The notes beneath the pieces were generated by a model. The model worked only from the letters and a program-made list of their open reading frames with translations, was not told the DNA's origin and did no database searches. From Octopus sinensis (Eukaryota): a stretch of 23,521 nucleotides of DNA. The stretch's first letter is position 1, and each line of letters opens with the position of its first letter. The position numbers and the translations under genes are program-made. The DNA lies in assembly GCF_006345805.1 (NCBI RefSeq), contig NW_021836578.1, positions 1 to 23,521 of the forward strand. The letters are read 5' to 3'. Positions 20,049-23,521 of this stretch are shown here, one piece after another.

Positions 20049-20675
20049 TTATATTAAATATTTATATCCATTGTTGTCTCTTTGACATTATCGGCGAAGA
20101 TAAAAAACATATTAAGGAAAAAACCGAAGTTTCGAAGCCAAATGAGAGGATAAATAATTCCAAGTTTTAATCCAATACCTTTGTTGATGAGGTCTAAATA
20201 AAAAGGAAACATGGCTAGAGTTACCTTCTGTACTTGAGCGAAAAAATGAAAACATTATTAATAATTGAATAACATTGTTTTATTTTTCCCTCAACACAAT
20301 TATTTTTAGCTGTGATTTCTAATGTTCTCTGTAATAAATACGCTATCATTAATTTAATTTAGAGAATGTATTGCCTGCAGTGAGGTCATATTCTTTGTTC
20401 TTTGTCATTATGGCTACGGGTCTTTTACAGAAAAATATTTCTTGGTTTTCAAAAACATCTGTGGCTGCGATTTAATTACAGCCAACAGCATGTATTTCGC
20501 TTGTATCTTACAACACTTTATAATAGCCATGGCTATCAATATCACGATCATTATAAAGAAAAATAAAATCATCGCAATGACAATGATAGTAGCAGTGATC
20601 GACAACAATAATTATACTACGCTGTGTATTTTTTGCGTCTGGCTGCAGTTGATGGAGAACGCAAAGAACAAAACA

Positions 20676-20676
20676 T

Positions 20677-20708
<32 letters not shown>

Positions 20709-20717
20709 GACACACAC

Positions 20718-20748
<31 letters not shown>

Positions 20749-20768
20749 CACACACACACACACACACG
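20676..20768. repeat. (CA)n microsatellite
   Basis: Visible array. Confidence 0.95.
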
Positions 20769-20806
20769 TACATTCTATGTATGCTTACTGAATCTCTCTC
20801 TCTCTA

Positions 20807-21026
20807 TATTTTTTTACTACCCACAAGGGGATAAACATAGAGGGGACAAACAAGGGGATTAAGCCGATTACATCAACCCCAGTGCGTAACTGGTACTTTA
20901 TTTATCGACTCCGAAAAGATGAAAGGCAAAGTCGACCTCGGCGAAATTTGAACTTAGAACGTAACGGCAGACGAAATACCGCAAAGCATTTCGCCCGGCG
21001 TGCTAATGTTTCTGCCAGCTCGCCGC
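20807..21026 (-). mobile_element. SINE family B monomer
   Basis: Reverse complement of head plus one body; TSD CTGAATCTCTCT(CTCTCT)A at 20788-20806 and 21027-21039. Confidence 0.93.
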
Positions 21027-21031
21027 CTGAA

Positions 21032-21401
21032 TCTCTCTATATATAAACGGCAAAATGTCTGTGTGTGTGTGTGTGTGTGTCCTTTATACAAATCCACAAT
21101 TTTTCAGTTAGCGGGCTCGCATGTTCTATGGTCATTCAAAACCGTCCAAGGGTGGTCGTGCACATCTTCACATTTCCCCAGTCACCCCGCAAAGCCATTA
21201 AAAAATCAATAGATGTGATTTTTTTGTGAATTTTCTATCCAAAACCCAGTCAAAATTCCCGAAACTTGATACGCCAATTGAATGCCAGCTAGCTGTATGT
21301 GATTGGTCGGAAATTTGGACAGTACTCGCGTGTATGTGCGCACGCATGCAGCTCTATATGCATGCACTAGTACTGACTCGGCGTTGCCGGGTCAGTGCTA
21401 G
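21032..21401 (+). mobile_element. Short non-autonomous Helitron (~370 bp)
   Basis: 5' A|TCTCTCTATATATAAACGGCAAAATGTC(TG)n; 3' GC-rich hairpin and CTAG|T; A/T target with no TSD of its own. Confidence 0.85.
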
Positions 21402-21814
21402 TCGAATATAAAATTGCGTGGCCCATTATAAGCAAAACACAACGGTACAAAGTTTGTAACGATGTACTTTGTGCATATCGGAAACTTATGAAATAATTAA
21501 GTGTAAATCAGGTGTTACCAGCCAGCCAACCAGCTGAGGTAATACATTTCCCGCTTATGTACTGCACGTCTTTTCTGTACAATACGAACCTATTGATGCA
21601 ATTGCTTCATCTAAATGCACGATTAATACTATTAATGGTGTACCTTATAGGTACATTCCCTCTGGCTACTATAACCCCTGTCTTGATTATTTCCGGATTT
21701 CTACTTTATTTCTATCTTATGCTGCATTACTTCGTTTATTTAAACCCAGTCCGACTGAGCTGGTTTGAACAGCAGCCTAGCATTACCTCCTTTAGCGAAT
21801 AAAACGATAAACGT

Positions 21815-22115
21815 CGCCCTTTTCAAGCCTAGCTAGGCTTATGGGCCCGGTTTCCCGGTTTCTGTGGCGTATGTGTTCCCCCCAGCTGGACGGGATGCCA
21901 GTCCATTGCAGCGTTATTCAAGAAACACGAAGAGAGAGAGTGAAAGTTGTGGCGAAAGAGTACAACAGGGGTCACCACCACTTCTTGCCGGAGAATCGTG
22001 GAGCTTTTAGGTGTTTTCGCTCAATAAACACACACGACCCCCGGTCTGGGAATCGAAACTGCGATCCCCCGAGCACGAGTCTGCTGCCCTAACCCCTGGA
22101 CCATTGCGCCTCCAC
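21815..22115 (-). mobile_element. SINE C2 head/body with the C1-type tail, full-length
   Basis: Minus strand: GTGGAGGCGCAATGG head, body as 6147-6335, tail TAACGCTGCAATGGACTGG...GAAAAGGGCG as 3019-3120. Possible TSD TTTAGCGAATAA / TTTAGGGAATAA, offset from the tail end. Confidence 0.92.
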
Positions 22116-22454
22116 TTTAGGGAATAATGTTATACGCAAACTATATTTGATGGATATCTTTAATCTTTATCACGCCAACAAATTTGGTACAAGTATTTCA
22201 TATAAATCTTATACAAAATCCATATATTTTCCGTTGATCGTCCTTATATCTTTGCTAGTAAGAAAACTATTAGCAAGAAATCTAGCGTTATAATGATACA
22301 ACTGGTTGATACTAAATGAAGTACATTTGAATGCGTCTTGATCTATATTTCTCGTACTTTAATTCGCCTTATTTTACCTTACGCCATCTTACTTTAGTTA
22401 TGTAATTTTTATCCCTTTTTCATCATATTAAACTGTTAATCCCAACAGATTTTT

Positions 22455-22612
22455 TTTCTCTCGCCATTTTTTCTTTTCATCTCATTTTGTTGAAGAGCAT
22501 AGGCTCGAAACATCAATGACTTTTCATTCTCCCCGAGCGTCAAACTAATATATCCGCTTGTTTTTTCCTCATCTGTCTTTGTCTTTTGCTTTCTGTACAT
22601 ATGAACTATATT
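22455..22612 (+). mobile_element. Penelope-like non-autonomous element fragment containing a hammerhead remnant
   Basis: Shares GCTCGAAAC and GAGCGTC motifs with the reverse complement of 596-704. Confidence 0.5.
22482..22519 (+). ncRNA. Degenerate minimal type I hammerhead ribozyme (probably inactive)
   Basis: Stem I UCAUU (22482-22486) / AAUGA (22515-22519); core UUGUUGA (consensus CUGANGA) plus one extra A; stem II GAGC-auag-GCUC; GAAA-C-AUC. Confidence 0.55.
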
Positions 22613-22914
22613 ATTTATGTAATCTGATAGCTTTCCTCGCCTTTAGTTTATTGTTTCCATTCATAACTTACGTAATAGAAAATATAGTAAAAACAAATGT
22701 CTTGAATCTTATAACTGTTAGCACGGGAGCTTGATATATTCTGAAACGGTGTATGGAAATATTGCGTGTATATCGTCTCTCTCTTTATGTGCATTCGAAG
22801 TTCTTCGTATCGATATGGGTGAATAACACTATAATCTGTTTTGGTCCATTGAACCAATTATTGATCTTCTACTATCTTAAATTACTTCTTTGACATTGGT
22901 GTTTGTACAAGAAT

Positions 22915-23100
22915 ACGTGTATGTGCGTATGCGTGTGCTTGTGTATATATGTGTGTGCACGCACGTGTATGTGTGTGTGTGTTTGCGTGAACATGGGTAT
23001 GTCTATAAATGTGCACGAATGTGCTTGTTAATATTCATATATGAATGTATCCGTATGTGTTAATGTGCTTGTAAATATTCACATAATGTGTGTATTTGTG
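22915..23100. repeat. Degenerate (TG)n tract
   Basis: Visible low-complexity sequence. Confidence 0.85.
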
Positions 23101-23521
23101 TATGTTGATATCATATCAATGCTCTTAAGATAACGCCTCTATCCTTCAAAATCAACAGAGCGTGAAATTCCAACAATTTAAACCTTCCTATTTGGTTTCT
23201 AAGCCTTTTCATTTCTCCTGGGATGGTCAACCTATCTTTCTTTAGAAAATGAATCTATTTTAGGTAACATATTTTGTTTAGAAGTCAAATTTTTTGATAA
23301 ACATTCTTTTTATTTACATTTATATTTTTTCTGTTCCTTTGACGTTATTTAATTTTTCTTTTTTTTTTTGAGATTTTGACTTTATTGAATTTATCAATAG
23401 CTTCTTTCTTTGAATTTTTATTGATCTACGAGAATTGCTTCCTTAAAGCGAATCATATATAGCAATTCACTGAGTACATCTATCGACTGTGATATATATA
23501 GAATCAGCTTACGATCTGAAG

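Noticed and set aside
20414-20834. 130-aa hydrophobic ORF and its antisense ORF
   Set aside because: Built on degenerate ATC/AAT and (CA)n repeats, with no family signal.
16390-21539. 16-bp exact repeat AGCCAGCCAACCAGCT at 16390 and 21520
   Set aside because: Low-complexity (CCAG-like) and short enough to arise by chance; flanks are unrelated.
21512-21802. 96-aa ORF with an overlapping ~76-codon open frame
   Set aside because: No recognisable domain or convincing splice context; compatible with chance without homology or expression evidence.

Overview
AT-rich, repeat-saturated eukaryotic non-coding DNA (intergenic or intronic). I found no supportable host protein-coding exon. The repeat families look like those I recall from octopus (coleoid cephalopod) genomes; this is an inference, not a database result. 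Content: many copies of three tRNA-headed SINE groups (my labels A, B/B', C1/C2); two inverted copies of a ~410-bp MITE with 30-bp TIRs, 8-bp TSDs and internal TTAGGG repeats; a minus-strand internally deleted Helitron keeping an open Pif1-helicase fragment and abutting a 166-bp tandem array; a second short Helitron; mariner and Tigger-like fragments; Penelope-like inserts; and long microsatellites that explain most of the ORF track. The most notable observations are (1) SINE-B multimers with a precise GAAATA|GGTATTTC junction, one dimer inside a single TSD pair, (2) a degenerate minimal type I hammerhead ribozyme at 22482-22519, (3) a snap-back Helitron terminus, and (4) a cluster of long palindromes at 284-470.
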